In this document: positions 17,853-25,996 of the stretch, one piece after another
Numbering within the stretch: the first letter of the stretch is position 1
How the letters are laid out: every line of letters starts with the position of its first letter
Virus record (IMG/VR): IMGVR_UViG_3300032676_001568
Span: 1 to 26,043 of that record
From: a virus
Lineage: Duplodnaviria; Caudoviricetes
Direction: 5' to 3' (one strand)
DNA length: 26,043 nucleotides
Notes under the pieces: model-generated
What the model was told of the DNA's origin: nothing
Database searches by the model: none
Seen by the model: only the letters and a program-made list of their open reading frames with translations
Translations under genes and position numbers: made by a program

Positions 17853-18139
17853 TTCGTCACCCCCACGGCGATATCGCCAATGGTTTCGGCACCTGGGTAG
17901 GTGTGCTCACGCGCCAGCGTATAAAGCGCTTCGAGGGCATTGCGGCGGCGATGAATCGCCGAGCTTTCGCGGCTCAGGGACTGGATCGCAAACGCGACCT
18001 CGTCGAGGGTGGCGTTCAGCAGCGGCTTCTCGACCGTGTTGCCGTAGCGATCCTCGTAGCTGATGCTTGTGCCGAGGTGCTCGCCGACGAAACCGCCGAG
18101 CTTGGCCTGAAGGGTTTGATGCAGGGTTGGGGTTTTCAT
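17849..18139 (-). CDS. Hypothetical protein (96 aa)
   Basis: AGGAG RBS; ATGA overlaps with both neighbours. Confidence 0.7.
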   Translation of the reverse strand: MKTPTLHQTLQAKLGGFVGEHLGTSISYEDRYGNTVEKPLLNATLDEVAFAIQSLSRESSAIHRRRNALEALYTLAREHTYPGAETIGDIAVGVTK

Positions 18140-18621
18140 GCGAAGTTCTCCTGTACAAGTGCAAGGCGGTAACTGGTTTTGCCGGGCTTCACGGTGCGGG
18201 CCTTGACGAAGGTTTCCTTCAAGGTCGTAGGCCAGGCGTTGAAGCGGGACTCGGAAATCGAGTAATCGATGTCGATGAAGTCGCCAACCTTGTCGCCGGT
18301 GGCAGCGATGCGTTGTGCGAAATCGGCCAGTGCGGCTTGATCCCACGTCACGCGTTTGGGGGCATCGACAGTGATCCGCAGCGGACCGTCGGTGAAATGG
18401 ACGGCACCGAAATCCTTGCCGGCCTCGATGCGGGCGGCGCGCGCCTGCTCGCCATAGGACTGCTCCAGAGCGGCATCGAATTTGGTGCGCGCCTTCTTCA
18501 GCCAATCAATGGCGGTATCGAGGTTGCGGTTGATTTCCTGCTTTTGGGCTGGGGACAGCGCCGCCAGTTGGCTTACAGACATCTCAGCGATGTCGGCGGG
18601 GAAGATGGTCAGATCAGTCAT
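18136..18621 (-). CDS. Hypothetical phage protein (161 aa)
   Basis: GAAGGA RBS; start MTDLTIF; PKRVTWDQ motif; in operon. Confidence 0.78.
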   Translation of the reverse strand: MTDLTIFPADIAEMSVSQLAALSPAQKQEINRNLDTAIDWLKKARTKFDAALEQSYGEQARAARIEAGKDFGAVHFTDGPLRITVDAPKRVTWDQAALADFAQRIAATGDKVGDFIDIDYSISESRFNAWPTTLKETFVKARTVKPGKTSYRLALVQENFA

Positions 18622-18632
18622 GGCCATTTCCT

Positions 18633-18896
18633 TCACAGATACGCACGAGCTGAAGTCGAGTGGCGTGCGACGCGCCGCTCAAACGATTCGACTTCTGAGA
18701 TCAGGTAGGTGACTCGGGCGCCCAGCTTGCAGAAGACTGGACCCAAGGACTCTTGCCGCCAACGGCGAAGAGTTTTGACGGAGAGCCCCCAGCGGGTAGC
18801 GAGCTCGTTTTCGTCGAGGGCGATGCGCGTGACACCGTCTCGACTGTGCCGGCTGTGTGGCCGGCCGGATTCAACTAATTGGACTTGGTTTTGCAT
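18633..18896 (-). CDS. Xis/AlpA-like HTH DNA-binding protein, first gene of the early operon
   Basis: LDENELATRWGLSVKTLRRWRQESLGPVFCKLGARVTY; AAGGAGG RBS. Confidence 0.88.
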   Translation of the reverse strand: MQNQVQLVESGRPHSRHSRDGVTRIALDENELATRWGLSVKTLRRWRQESLGPVFCKLGARVTYLISEVESFERRVARHSTSARAYL

Positions 18897-18988
18897 TTCG
18901 ATGTGCCTCCTTTATGAAATGGGCACATCGAAGTTTCCGCATGGATTTATGGGCGGTGTCTGGTTCCGTTTATGGTCAGATTTATGGG
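18897..18988 (-). promoter_or_regulatory. Early-operon control region: 11-bp stem over the RBS plus phased direct repeats
   Basis: Stem 18897-18907/18922-18932; TTTATGG at 18946, 18969 and 18981, with degenerate TGTCTGG at 18957. Confidence 0.65.
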
Positions 18989-19914
18989 TTGCGACGCACT
19001 CGGTACCGCGCACGCTGCGCTTTTTCAATCACATCTTCTCGAGCCTGTTTGCCGCCGAAAGCGTCGTCGAACGATTGATAGCCGGTGTTGGTCAGCCCAT
19101 TGACGTCTGCCCAGGACATTTCCGGTGGTGCCTTTCCTGTCTCGCCCCACATGACTTTGATGATCTTTGCGCGCTCGGGAGCGAGTTCGCGTGATTTGGC
19201 GAAATGCGGCAGTTTCAAGCGATCGCCCTGAAGAAATTGCTCAGGCTCGGGAATGCCGTTGATCGTCAGGAACCCACGCAACACCCGATCGAAGGCGCTC
19301 GCGTCGAAAACGTCCTGCCCGTCTTCCACGCGAACGAAATCGTTCAGGCTGCGCATCACATGGTCGCGCGGCAGGCTCTCGTTGCTCGGTCGATGCCGAA
19401 GGAGTACGCCACCGCGAGGCCATGCCGTGTCGCACAGTACGGGCGACGTTTCTGATGCTGGTGCGCGTTCCCATAAACGCCCCACAAACACCGGCGCAAA
19501 ATCGTGAGTGCCAGCGATTCGCGCATTGCCCAGGTGCCAGAGATGATCTGGCACGCGTGTACGCCGCTGAGATAGCTGTCGTGGCTCGATGCCGATCAGG
19601 CTGCACAGATCGGTGAGCCATGTTTCGACGCGCAGCGCGTAAAGCACGATGTCAGAGAGCGGGCGGGTAACGATTCGAGATCGTTGTTGCGGGCTGCGGT
19701 ATCGAAACACGCCGGCACCCTCGTCAATATCGGCCTCGACTTCTTCCTCCGAATCGAGGAAAGGCACCATCACACGGGTCAGGTAGCCATCCTCAACCAC
19801 CCACCGGCGGCGAATAAATTCGGCGCGGTGGTGACCGATGGTGGTCGCAGTCACGCGCGGTTCGACGCTGCGCACGCGCTCAATGGTGCGGAAATAATCC
19901 ACGTAAGCAGACAT
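18982..19914 (-). CDS. Uncharacterised protein (310 aa), possible C-terminal winged-helix
   Basis: GAGGAG RBS; start MSAYVDYF; begins 10 nt after the stop of the 478-aa gene. Confidence 0.8.
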   Translation of the reverse strand: MSAYVDYFRTIERVRSVEPRVTATTIGHHRAEFIRRRWVVEDGYLTRVMVPFLDSEEEVEADIDEGAGVFRYRSPQQRSRIVTRPLSDIVLYALRVETWLTDLCSLIGIEPRQLSQRRTRVPDHLWHLGNARIAGTHDFAPVFVGRLWERAPASETSPVLCDTAWPRGGVLLRHRPSNESLPRDHVMRSLNDFVRVEDGQDVFDASAFDRVLRGFLTINGIPEPEQFLQGDRLKLPHFAKSRELAPERAKIIKVMWGETGKAPPEMSWADVNGLTNTGYQSFDDAFGGKQAREDVIEKAQRARYRVRRNP

Positions 19915-19924
19915 GGCGTGCTCC

Positions 19925-21361
19925 TCAGAATTCACACAGAACGCCGAGTCGCGCCAACCGCTCAATCACGCGCTTGCGGTCATCCTCGGTCTTGCTCTTG
20001 TCATTCAGACCGTTGGGCGATGTAATCTGGACGGCCACGTTGTGGGCTTTGCGGTGCGGTTGCTTTGCCATCCGAAAAACCAGCTTCACCTGTGACAAGG
20101 CATAACCGGTTAGGTCATCCAAACCGTAGTCGTCATAGGCGACTTGGTAGATGTGACGGGCGTCGCGCCGATCCCGACCAATCACCAGCGTGCTCGACAG
20201 GTGCTGGACAATGTCGCGTCCGTTAGCTTCGTCGATGGTGTTCTGTTCGAAGGGGCGCGCGATCTTCACTTGCAGGATCGAGATCTTGTCGACGCCGTCG
20301 ACGAGATGCTGTTCAAGGCGCTTGAGCATAGCGTGCGTCGAAAAGCCCAGAAGATCAAACTCACGCATGGGCATGTCGTTGATCGCCCCTTCGCAGGCCA
20401 GCACCACATCACGAAAGATGGTGGCCAGGTCACGGCGCGATTCTTTATCCTCGCAGAACACGCCAAGCGCACCCGTGCCAGGCTCCCACGAAAAAATGGC
20501 CGACATGGCAGCCGGTTCTTCGTGGTCGACCACTTCACCGCCTGCGACTTGTTTGAAATGTGCCGTCGAGCCATTGAAAGTTGCCGTGAGCGTGTGCAAC
20601 AGCACTGGCGCCGGGTCGTCTGCATCCTCTCCGTCGCAGCGATCGGCATGAGCAAGGTCGCGCCGTGTGAACTGCTCGATCAAAATTTGGTCGGCGGCGA
20701 TTTTTGGGTACAGGGCTGCGATTCGGCCGCGCAGCACATCCTGCATGTCGATATCGACTTTGGGCTCAATGCCTTTTGGACCCAGGTAATGGCTGGAGAA
20801 GTTTTCACTCTTCCACTGCCGATGCATCACTTGCAGGCGCTCGGCATGCTCGAAGCGGTTATCGGCCTTGACGCCGGCAGATGGAAATTCCTGAAGGAGA
20901 TGCAGGTGCAGCGCGCGGCTGTACCTGTCTGTCGGCGCAACGACTACCGCCGCGTCGCCCTCATTTTTTTCGTCGAGCAATGACTGGACGGCCTGCGCAC
21001 CGTATTCATCGTCCAGCAGTACTACCTGTTCAGCCGCACGCTCGATGCGCTGCTGTTTATCGGGCGCGAGCTTGGCCACGACGTGAAACAGCGCCTTGCG
21101 CGCTGGAATCGGCAGCACCCCGTTTGCGGCCTCAACCAGTGCCGCAATTTCAGGCAGCGTGGTGTCGGCGGCGCGCTCGACCATGGTCAAGATGAGCGTC
21201 GGTCGTTTTACCTTGCGCGCCAGGGTGACGAATTGCTCCATGCACGGGAGGACATCGGGGCCATCGTCCGATTGCCGGTTGCGCGCTTTCTTTGATGTCT
21301 GCTGAACTGCAGCCGACTCTTCTTGTTTTTCGAGGTTGTTTTGTTCGACTGCCGTCATCAT
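19925..21361 (-). CDS. Uncharacterised protein (478 aa)
   Basis: Long ORF with AAAGGA RBS; no motif recognised. Confidence 0.82.
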   Translation of the reverse strand: MMTAVEQNNLEKQEESAAVQQTSKKARNRQSDDGPDVLPCMEQFVTLARKVKRPTLILTMVERAADTTLPEIAALVEAANGVLPIPARKALFHVVAKLAPDKQQRIERAAEQVVLLDDEYGAQAVQSLLDEKNEGDAAVVVAPTDRYSRALHLHLLQEFPSAGVKADNRFEHAERLQVMHRQWKSENFSSHYLGPKGIEPKVDIDMQDVLRGRIAALYPKIAADQILIEQFTRRDLAHADRCDGEDADDPAPVLLHTLTATFNGSTAHFKQVAGGEVVDHEEPAAMSAIFSWEPGTGALGVFCEDKESRRDLATIFRDVVLACEGAINDMPMREFDLLGFSTHAMLKRLEQHLVDGVDKISILQVKIARPFEQNTIDEANGRDIVQHLSSTLVIGRDRRDARHIYQVAYDDYGLDDLTGYALSQVKLVFRMAKQPHRKAHNVAVQITSPNGLNDKSKTEDDRKRVIERLARLGVLCEF

Positions 21362-21390
21362 GAAAATCCTTTACTGAATGAAGTGCGCGA

Positions 21391-21408
21391 TTGCGCGAAC
21401 GGTTAATT
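21391..21408. promoter_or_regulatory. Candidate XRE operator
   Basis: TTGCGCGAACGGTTAATT, 14/18 identical to 22592-22609. Confidence 0.5.
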
Positions 21409-21417
21409 ACAAGTTTC

Positions 21418-21441
21418 AAAAAATGCCGACACGAAGTCGGC
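21418..21441 (-). terminator. Terminator-like hairpin after the IrrE-like gene
   Basis: Minus strand GCCGAC-TTCGT-GTCGGC-ATTTTTT. Confidence 0.55.
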
Positions 21442-21460
21442 GGCTAAGTGGAAGCAGGGG

Positions 21461-22300
21461 TTAAGTAATTCCTGCTTCCGGCTTTAAAAGCCCGTACCGT
21501 TCCATTCTGACTTGAATGAAACGTCGATGAACACCGAAGTGCCTGGCTAGTGTTTGTTGAAGTTCAAACATTTTGTTGGGGCTGGAAAACATTCCTTGCC
21601 TGGTCGTCAAATGGATGGCTGCCCCGGGAGTTTCGGGGTCCAGGGACGGACTGCGATTGATTGTCACGCCATGCTTTGGAGCGAGTTCTTCCACTGCGCG
21701 ATACAAATGCTGACGCGGCACAAGCAACGAGCCCATGAATTCGTTCGCGCGCAGCTCGGCAAAATGGACATTGCGCTCGAGCTCGCTGTTCCGTACTGCG
21801 CTCGGCTCTGGCTGTTTTGCCAGATGCTCGGCATCACGAGTTGTGGTGCGGTAGGCCTTGCGTGCCAACTCGGACGGGTCGTCAAACAGACCGGGGCCTT
21901 GAGCAGCAGCGGCAATCCAACTCGGCGCATCGAAAATGGCGTGGCCAAGTTCGTGGGCAAAGGTACTCAGCACCAGCTCTTCAGTTGCTGTTTCACTGAC
22001 AGGAGACACTGACAGCACTGTGGCATCCATTGATGCCGCAGGATCAAACTCGCAAACACCCAGTACCGGATTTCCCTGATCGTCGTTGACGGCGTGCTCG
22101 GTGCCGACCCACAAGTCGAACCGGATGCCGTTGATTTTCAGGCTGCTGATGCCGCGCAACACCGCCAGCGAAATGGCGTCGGTGTTGGCATCAACCAGCT
22201 GCTGGCGGGCCAGCACTGCAATACCTTCGACTTCAGAATGTTTGATGTAGAGAGGGAGTTTCCGGTCGCAGCACCGGTAGGCAAGGGTCAACTCCGGCAT
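21461..22300 (-). CDS. ImmA/IrrE-family metallo-endopeptidase
   Basis: TFAHELGH (HExxH), ELRANEFMGSLLVP, C-terminal LARHFGVHRRFIQVRM; directly follows the XRE gene. Confidence 0.92.
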   Translation of the reverse strand: MPELTLAYRCCDRKLPLYIKHSEVEGIAVLARQQLVDANTDAISLAVLRGISSLKINGIRFDLWVGTEHAVNDDQGNPVLGVCEFDPAASMDATVLSVSPVSETATEELVLSTFAHELGHAIFDAPSWIAAAAQGPGLFDDPSELARKAYRTTTRDAEHLAKQPEPSAVRNSELERNVHFAELRANEFMGSLLVPRQHLYRAVEELAPKHGVTINRSPSLDPETPGAAIHLTTRQGMFSSPNKMFELQQTLARHFGVHRRFIQVRMERYGLLKPEAGIT

Positions 22301-22579
22301 TCACTTCTCTCCCGTCGCGCGCTTGCGATACATCCGAACGATATCGCCCACGTCCTCTCGCATATCCGGCGGGAGGCGACTGGCTTCGATGAAGGCCTCA
22401 TCGGGGTTTTCACCAAGAATTTCTGCGGCTTTGCGGATCAGTTCGTCCTTGGGCGGCTTTTCCATCTCGCGTTCAATGCGCGACCAATAGGCCGGGGAGA
22501 TGTCGAGCTGGCGCGCGAAGTCGTTCATCGCAATGCCTTTCGCGTCCCGTTTTTGTCTGATGTAGGTTCCGAAACCCAT
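22301..22579 (-). CDS. XRE-family HTH repressor (ImmR-like)
   Basis: FGTYIRQKR..GIAMNDFARQLDISPAYWSRIERE. Confidence 0.93.
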   Translation of the reverse strand: MGFGTYIRQKRDAKGIAMNDFARQLDISPAYWSRIEREMEKPPKDELIRKAAEILGENPDEAFIEASRLPPDMREDVGDIVRMYRKRATGEK

Positions 22580-22591
22580 GATGTGACCCAG

Positions 22592-22656
22592 TTGCGTGAT
22601 TAGTTAATTGACTCAATCATAAAGTCGGAAACCATCGGCGTCAACTGTTTTGTTAA
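22592..22656 (-). promoter_or_regulatory. Sigma70 promoter of the xre-irrE operon with flanking candidate operators
   Basis: Minus strand TTGACG (22644-22639), 17 bp spacer, TATGAT (22621-22616); operator-like sites at 22592-22609 and 22641-22656. Confidence 0.75.
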
Positions 22657-22773
22657 CGCGCAATTCAGGAATCCATGCGACAACCGGAAATGGCAGCGGA
22701 TTGCTCTCCTTTGCCATCCTGTTCGGAGCATCTGGCTCAGTATTGATGCCTGTTGCTATTCCCCGGAACCGTC

Positions 22774-22965
22774 ATGAAGAACCTCGAACTTATGCCCCCG
22801 GCAGAGATGTCTGCCGCAGCCCGCGCTGCTGAAATCACCACCATCCTTGCGGCTGCCATCGTCCGCACGCATGCCACAGACAAGCAAAAACAGAGTGCGA
22901 ATGAACTTGTCTTCCTGCCCGACCAGAGCGTTCATACAACCCCCTATCAAAAGAAGAGGTTGTGA
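22774..22965 (+). CDS. Small hypothetical protein (63 aa) leading the integration module
   Basis: Start MKNLELMP; stop overlaps the next start. Confidence 0.6.
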   Translation: MKNLELMPPAEMSAAARAAEITTILAAAIVRTHATDKQKQSANELVFLPDQSVHTTPYQKKRL

Positions 22966-23441
22966 TGAACGAAAACGTCAGTATCGGCGCAAGCCAAAAA
23001 CAAGTATCTGTTGCGGCACGTATCTCCGAGCTATCGTGCCTGCCGATGGCCAACCTGTGGACGCTATGGGATCGGTATTTCACCCGCCGTCCGGATTATC
23101 CGAACCGCACATACGTCGAGTCCCGCATCGCCTACAAATTGCAGGAAGATGCCTTTGGCGGGCTTTCGCCCGAAACGAAGCTGCGTCTGGAAGCCATCGG
23201 CGCGAAGCATTCGAAGATCAAACAGCGAGCCAAACCGCGCGAGTTCAATTTTGCACCGGGCACGGTCTTGTTGCGCGAATGGGGTGAGCGGGAACACAAG
23301 GTCACGGTGTCTGCCAACGGCTTGTTTGAATACGAGGGGCGCGCATTCAAGAGCCTGACCGCCGTTGCGCGGCACATTACCGGCGCTCATCAGAGCGGCC
23401 CCCTGTTTTTTGGCATGGGTGGTAAGCGAGGTGCGCAATGA
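22962..23441 (+). CDS. DUF2924-like protein
   Basis: RIAYKLQEDAFGGL, PGTVLLREW and SLTAVARHITGAHQSGPLFFG; precedes the serine recombinase. Confidence 0.88.
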   Translation: MMNENVSIGASQKQVSVAARISELSCLPMANLWTLWDRYFTRRPDYPNRTYVESRIAYKLQEDAFGGLSPETKLRLEAIGAKHSKIKQRAKPREFNFAPGTVLLREWGEREHKVTVSANGLFEYEGRAFKSLTAVARHITGAHQSGPLFFGMGGKRGAQ

Positions 23442-24817
23442 GCGAAATTGCAAACAGCAAGTCGCGCAAACGCTGCGCCGTCTACTGCCGGGTGTCATCG
23501 GACGAACGCCTGGATCAGGAATTCAACTCCATTGATGCACAGCGCGAGGCCGGCCACGCCTACGTCGCCAGCCAGCGTGCCGAGGGCTGGATTCCGGTGG
23601 CCGACGACTACGATGATCCTGGATTTTCTGGCGGCAACACGGATCGCCCTGGCCTGAAACGATTGTTGGCTGATATCCAGCGCGGCCTGGTTGATATCGT
23701 GGTGGTCTACAAGATTGACCGCCTGACGCGCAGCCTGGCCGATTTCTCCAAGATGGTCGAAGTGTTCGAGCGCCATGGCGTCTCCTTCGTGTCGGTCACC
23801 CAGCAGTTCAACACCACCACCTCCATGGGGCGGCTGATGCTCAACGTGCTGCTGTCCTTCGCCCAGTTCGAGCGCGAGGTCACCGGCGAGCGCATCCGCG
23901 ACAAAATCGCGGCGGCCAAGCGCAAGGGCATGTGGATGGGCGGTGTGCCAACCCTGGGCTACGACGTCGAAAACCGCCTGCTGGTCATCAATAAGACCGA
24001 GGCGGCGGTGGTACGCCGAATCTTTGAGGAGATGCTGACCATCGGTTCGCCAACGCAGATCGCAGCGAACTTGACCGCCGAGGGCATCACCACCAAGGCG
24101 TGGACGACGCAGGAAGGCCAGATTCGCAACGGAACGCAAATCGACAAAAAATACCTGCACAAGCTGCTGCGCAATCGCATCTTCCTTGGCGAGATTTCCC
24201 ACAAGGGGAAGTGGTTCCCCGGCGTACACGCGGCCATCGTTGATTCCGGTCTCTGGGATCGCGTCCACGAAGTGCTGGCCAAGGATTCGCATGGCCGATC
24301 GGTGGAAACCAAAATCCGGTCGCGCACCGACGCGCTGCTGCGCGGCCTGCTTTACGCGCCGTCTGGCGAACGCATGTATCCGACCTACTCGCGCAAGAAC
24401 GGGCGCAAGTACCACTACTACGTGTCCAAGTCGGAGAGCCGGTTTGGTGCACCAGGCAAGACTTACGAGCGCCTGCCGGCCCCCGAGATTGAGAGCGCGG
24501 TGATCGCGCAGATCCGCACCGTGCTGACCAGCCCCGAGTCGATTGCATCGGTGGTGCGGTGTATTCAGCGCAATGGGGCGCAGATTGACGAGTCGACCAC
24601 GGTGATGGCGATGGGGCGACTGAACGACGTGTGGGAGCAATTGTTTCCGGCCGAACGCCATCGAATTGCGAATCTGATGATTGATCGCATAGACCTTGTC
24701 CACACGGGCGAGGTTCAGGGCATCAAGGTGAAATGGCGCGAAATTGGCTGGAACGCGCTGATTGGGGAATTCGCGCCCAGCGGCATCGGTGCCGAAATGC
24801 TGGAGGCAGAAGCCTGA
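23438..24817 (+). CDS. Large serine recombinase (integrase)
   Basis: AVYCRVSS catalytic motif; DDPGFSGG, YKIDRLTRS and LSFAQFERE; recombinase domain. Confidence 0.96.
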   Translation: MSEIANSKSRKRCAVYCRVSSDERLDQEFNSIDAQREAGHAYVASQRAEGWIPVADDYDDPGFSGGNTDRPGLKRLLADIQRGLVDIVVVYKIDRLTRSLADFSKMVEVFERHGVSFVSVTQQFNTTTSMGRLMLNVLLSFAQFEREVTGERIRDKIAAAKRKGMWMGGVPTLGYDVENRLLVINKTEAAVVRRIFEEMLTIGSPTQIAANLTAEGITTKAWTTQEGQIRNGTQIDKKYLHKLLRNRIFLGEISHKGKWFPGVHAAIVDSGLWDRVHEVLAKDSHGRSVETKIRSRTDALLRGLLYAPSGERMYPTYSRKNGRKYHYYVSKSESRFGAPGKTYERLPAPEIESAVIAQIRTVLTSPESIASVVRCIQRNGAQIDESTTVMAMGRLNDVWEQLFPAERHRIANLMIDRIDLVHTGEVQGIKVKWREIGWNALIGEFAPSGIGAEMLEAEA

Positions 24818-25188
24818 TGGATGACTCACTGGAAACCTTCGTGCCATTGTTGTTTCGTCGCAAGGGGTCAAGGCGCGTGGTTACGGACGACCGCCATGTC
24901 CACGACGTGACGCTGCTGGAAGGGCTGGCGCGGGGCTATTATTGGCAGCATCTGGTCGACACCGGGGCGATGCAAAGCGGCTCAGACGTCGCTCGGGCAG
25001 AAGGCCTGGACCCGTCCGTGCCCAACGAGCTGATGCGCCTCACCCTGCTGGCGCCCGACATCATCGAGATTTTGATGACCGGCAGGCAGCCGCGCAGAAT
25101 GAACCTGATCTGGTTTCAGCGAAACCCGATACCTGTGGATTGGGAGGCGCAACGCCAGATCGTGCAGCGCTTTAAGGAGGATGCATGA
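24817..25188 (+). CDS. Recombinase-associated small HTH protein, paralog 1
   Basis: TGATG coupling; LARGYYWQHL..MRLTLLAPDII..PVDWEAQ. Confidence 0.8.
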   Translation: MDDSLETFVPLLFRRKGSRRVVTDDRHVHDVTLLEGLARGYYWQHLVDTGAMQSGSDVARAEGLDPSVPNELMRLTLLAPDIIEILMTGRQPRRMNLIWFQRNPIPVDWEAQRQIVQRFKEDA

Positions 25189-25658
25189 GCAGGAAACACC
25201 GAGGGCGGTACCAGGGTGACGCCGTCACGTATCAATTGCCGTCACCTGCCGGCGGCGTGCAACTGGAAACTTTTGTGCCCTGGACATTGGTGAAGCGCGG
25301 CATAAAAATGCAAATCATCACGCCGCTGGATGCTCCGCAGGAATTCATGGAAGAGGCGCGCCGGGAACGGCATGCTCGCGATTCGGAACAAGACACCGCG
25401 CTCCTGCGCGCGCTTGGTCTGGCCTATCATTGGCAGCGGTTGCTGGATGAAAAGCGAGTGGGCTCGGTGGCAGATATAGCTGCGGCAGAGGATATTAATG
25501 TGACGCAGGTGCGCCGCCTGATGCGGCTGACCTTACTTGCCCCGGTGGTCGTGGAGCGCTTGGCAGCCAAGTCGGAAACGGCGCTGGAGCATTTGATGCG
25601 CTGCCCTTGGCCCGCCACGTGGAAAGACCAGGTCAGGGTGCTTTTGCCAACCGTTTGA
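25185..25658 (+). CDS. Recombinase-associated small HTH protein, paralog 2
   Basis: ATGA overlap; LGLAYHWQRL..MRLTLLAPVVV..PATWKDQ. Confidence 0.8.
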   Translation: MSRKHRGRYQGDAVTYQLPSPAGGVQLETFVPWTLVKRGIKMQIITPLDAPQEFMEEARRERHARDSEQDTALLRALGLAYHWQRLLDEKRVGSVADIAAAEDINVTQVRRLMRLTLLAPVVVERLAAKSETALEHLMRCPWPATWKDQVRVLLPTV

Positions 25659-25680
25659 GAACGACACCCACATGCCAGTC

Positions 25681-25703
25681 ACCGCCTCCGGGCGGTTTTT
25701 TTT
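25681..25703 (+). terminator. Intrinsic terminator of the integration operon
   Basis: ACCGCC-TCCG-GGCGGT followed by a T-run. Confidence 0.8.
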
Positions 25704-25924
25704 CGATTTCTCGGCTCTCAGTCGCCGCCTGTACAGCAGTTTCCAATTACAACCCACACCGCGCAAACCCGCATGAATACTGAATGTGGTGTCGAAAGCG
25801 CGCGCGAGGCAAACAGAGAAAACTGCGAGCAGAGAGACCGCCAACGTGCAAAAACTGGTGCGGTAGCGCAGGTGACGCGCGCGAGGCAATGGCCGGAAAC
25901 CGCGCCAACACTGGGGCTTCGGGC

Positions 25925-25957
25925 AAAAAAAATCCCAACCGATAAGAGTTGGGATTT
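25925..25957 (-). terminator. Intrinsic terminator downstream of the tmRNA 3' end
   Basis: Minus strand AAATCCCAAC-TCTTATCG-GTTGGGATTT followed by further Ts. Confidence 0.8.
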
Positions 25958-25964
25958 CAAATTA

Positions 25965-25996
25965 TGGTGGAGACGGCGGGAATTGAACCCGCGTCC
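25965..25996 (-). ncRNA. ssrA: 3' tRNA-like end of tmRNA (T-arm, acceptor strand, CCA); probable att site; upstream extent uncertain
   Basis: Minus strand GGACGCGGGTTCAATTCCCGCCGTCTCCACCA, closely matching the canonical ssrA 3' end. Confidence 0.82.

Larger units (their letters stand above)
1..25964. mobile_element. Prophage (HK97-like head, large serine recombinase), continuing beyond the left edge of the window
   Basis: Contiguous capsid, portal, terminase, replication, repressor and integrase genes ending at a tmRNA 3' end. Confidence 0.93.

Noticed and set aside
17849-18505. 218-aa ORF as given in the track
   Set aside because: Its 5' part overlaps the 18136-18621 gene in another frame; the real start is probably the ATG at 18139 with AGGAG RBS and ATGA coupling
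20144-20983. 279-aa plus-strand ORF, and similar antisense ORFs across terL, primase and capsid
   Set aside because: Opposite strand to well-supported genes; expected from codon bias in high-GC DNA
22684-22726. Imperfect inverted repeat (ATGGCA...TGCCAT) upstream of the integration module
   Set aside because: Short 6-bp core with a long loop; could be chance, so not supportable as a feature
23495-24871. 458-aa minus-strand ORF
   Set aside because: Antisense shadow of the serine recombinase in GC-rich DNA; no motifs
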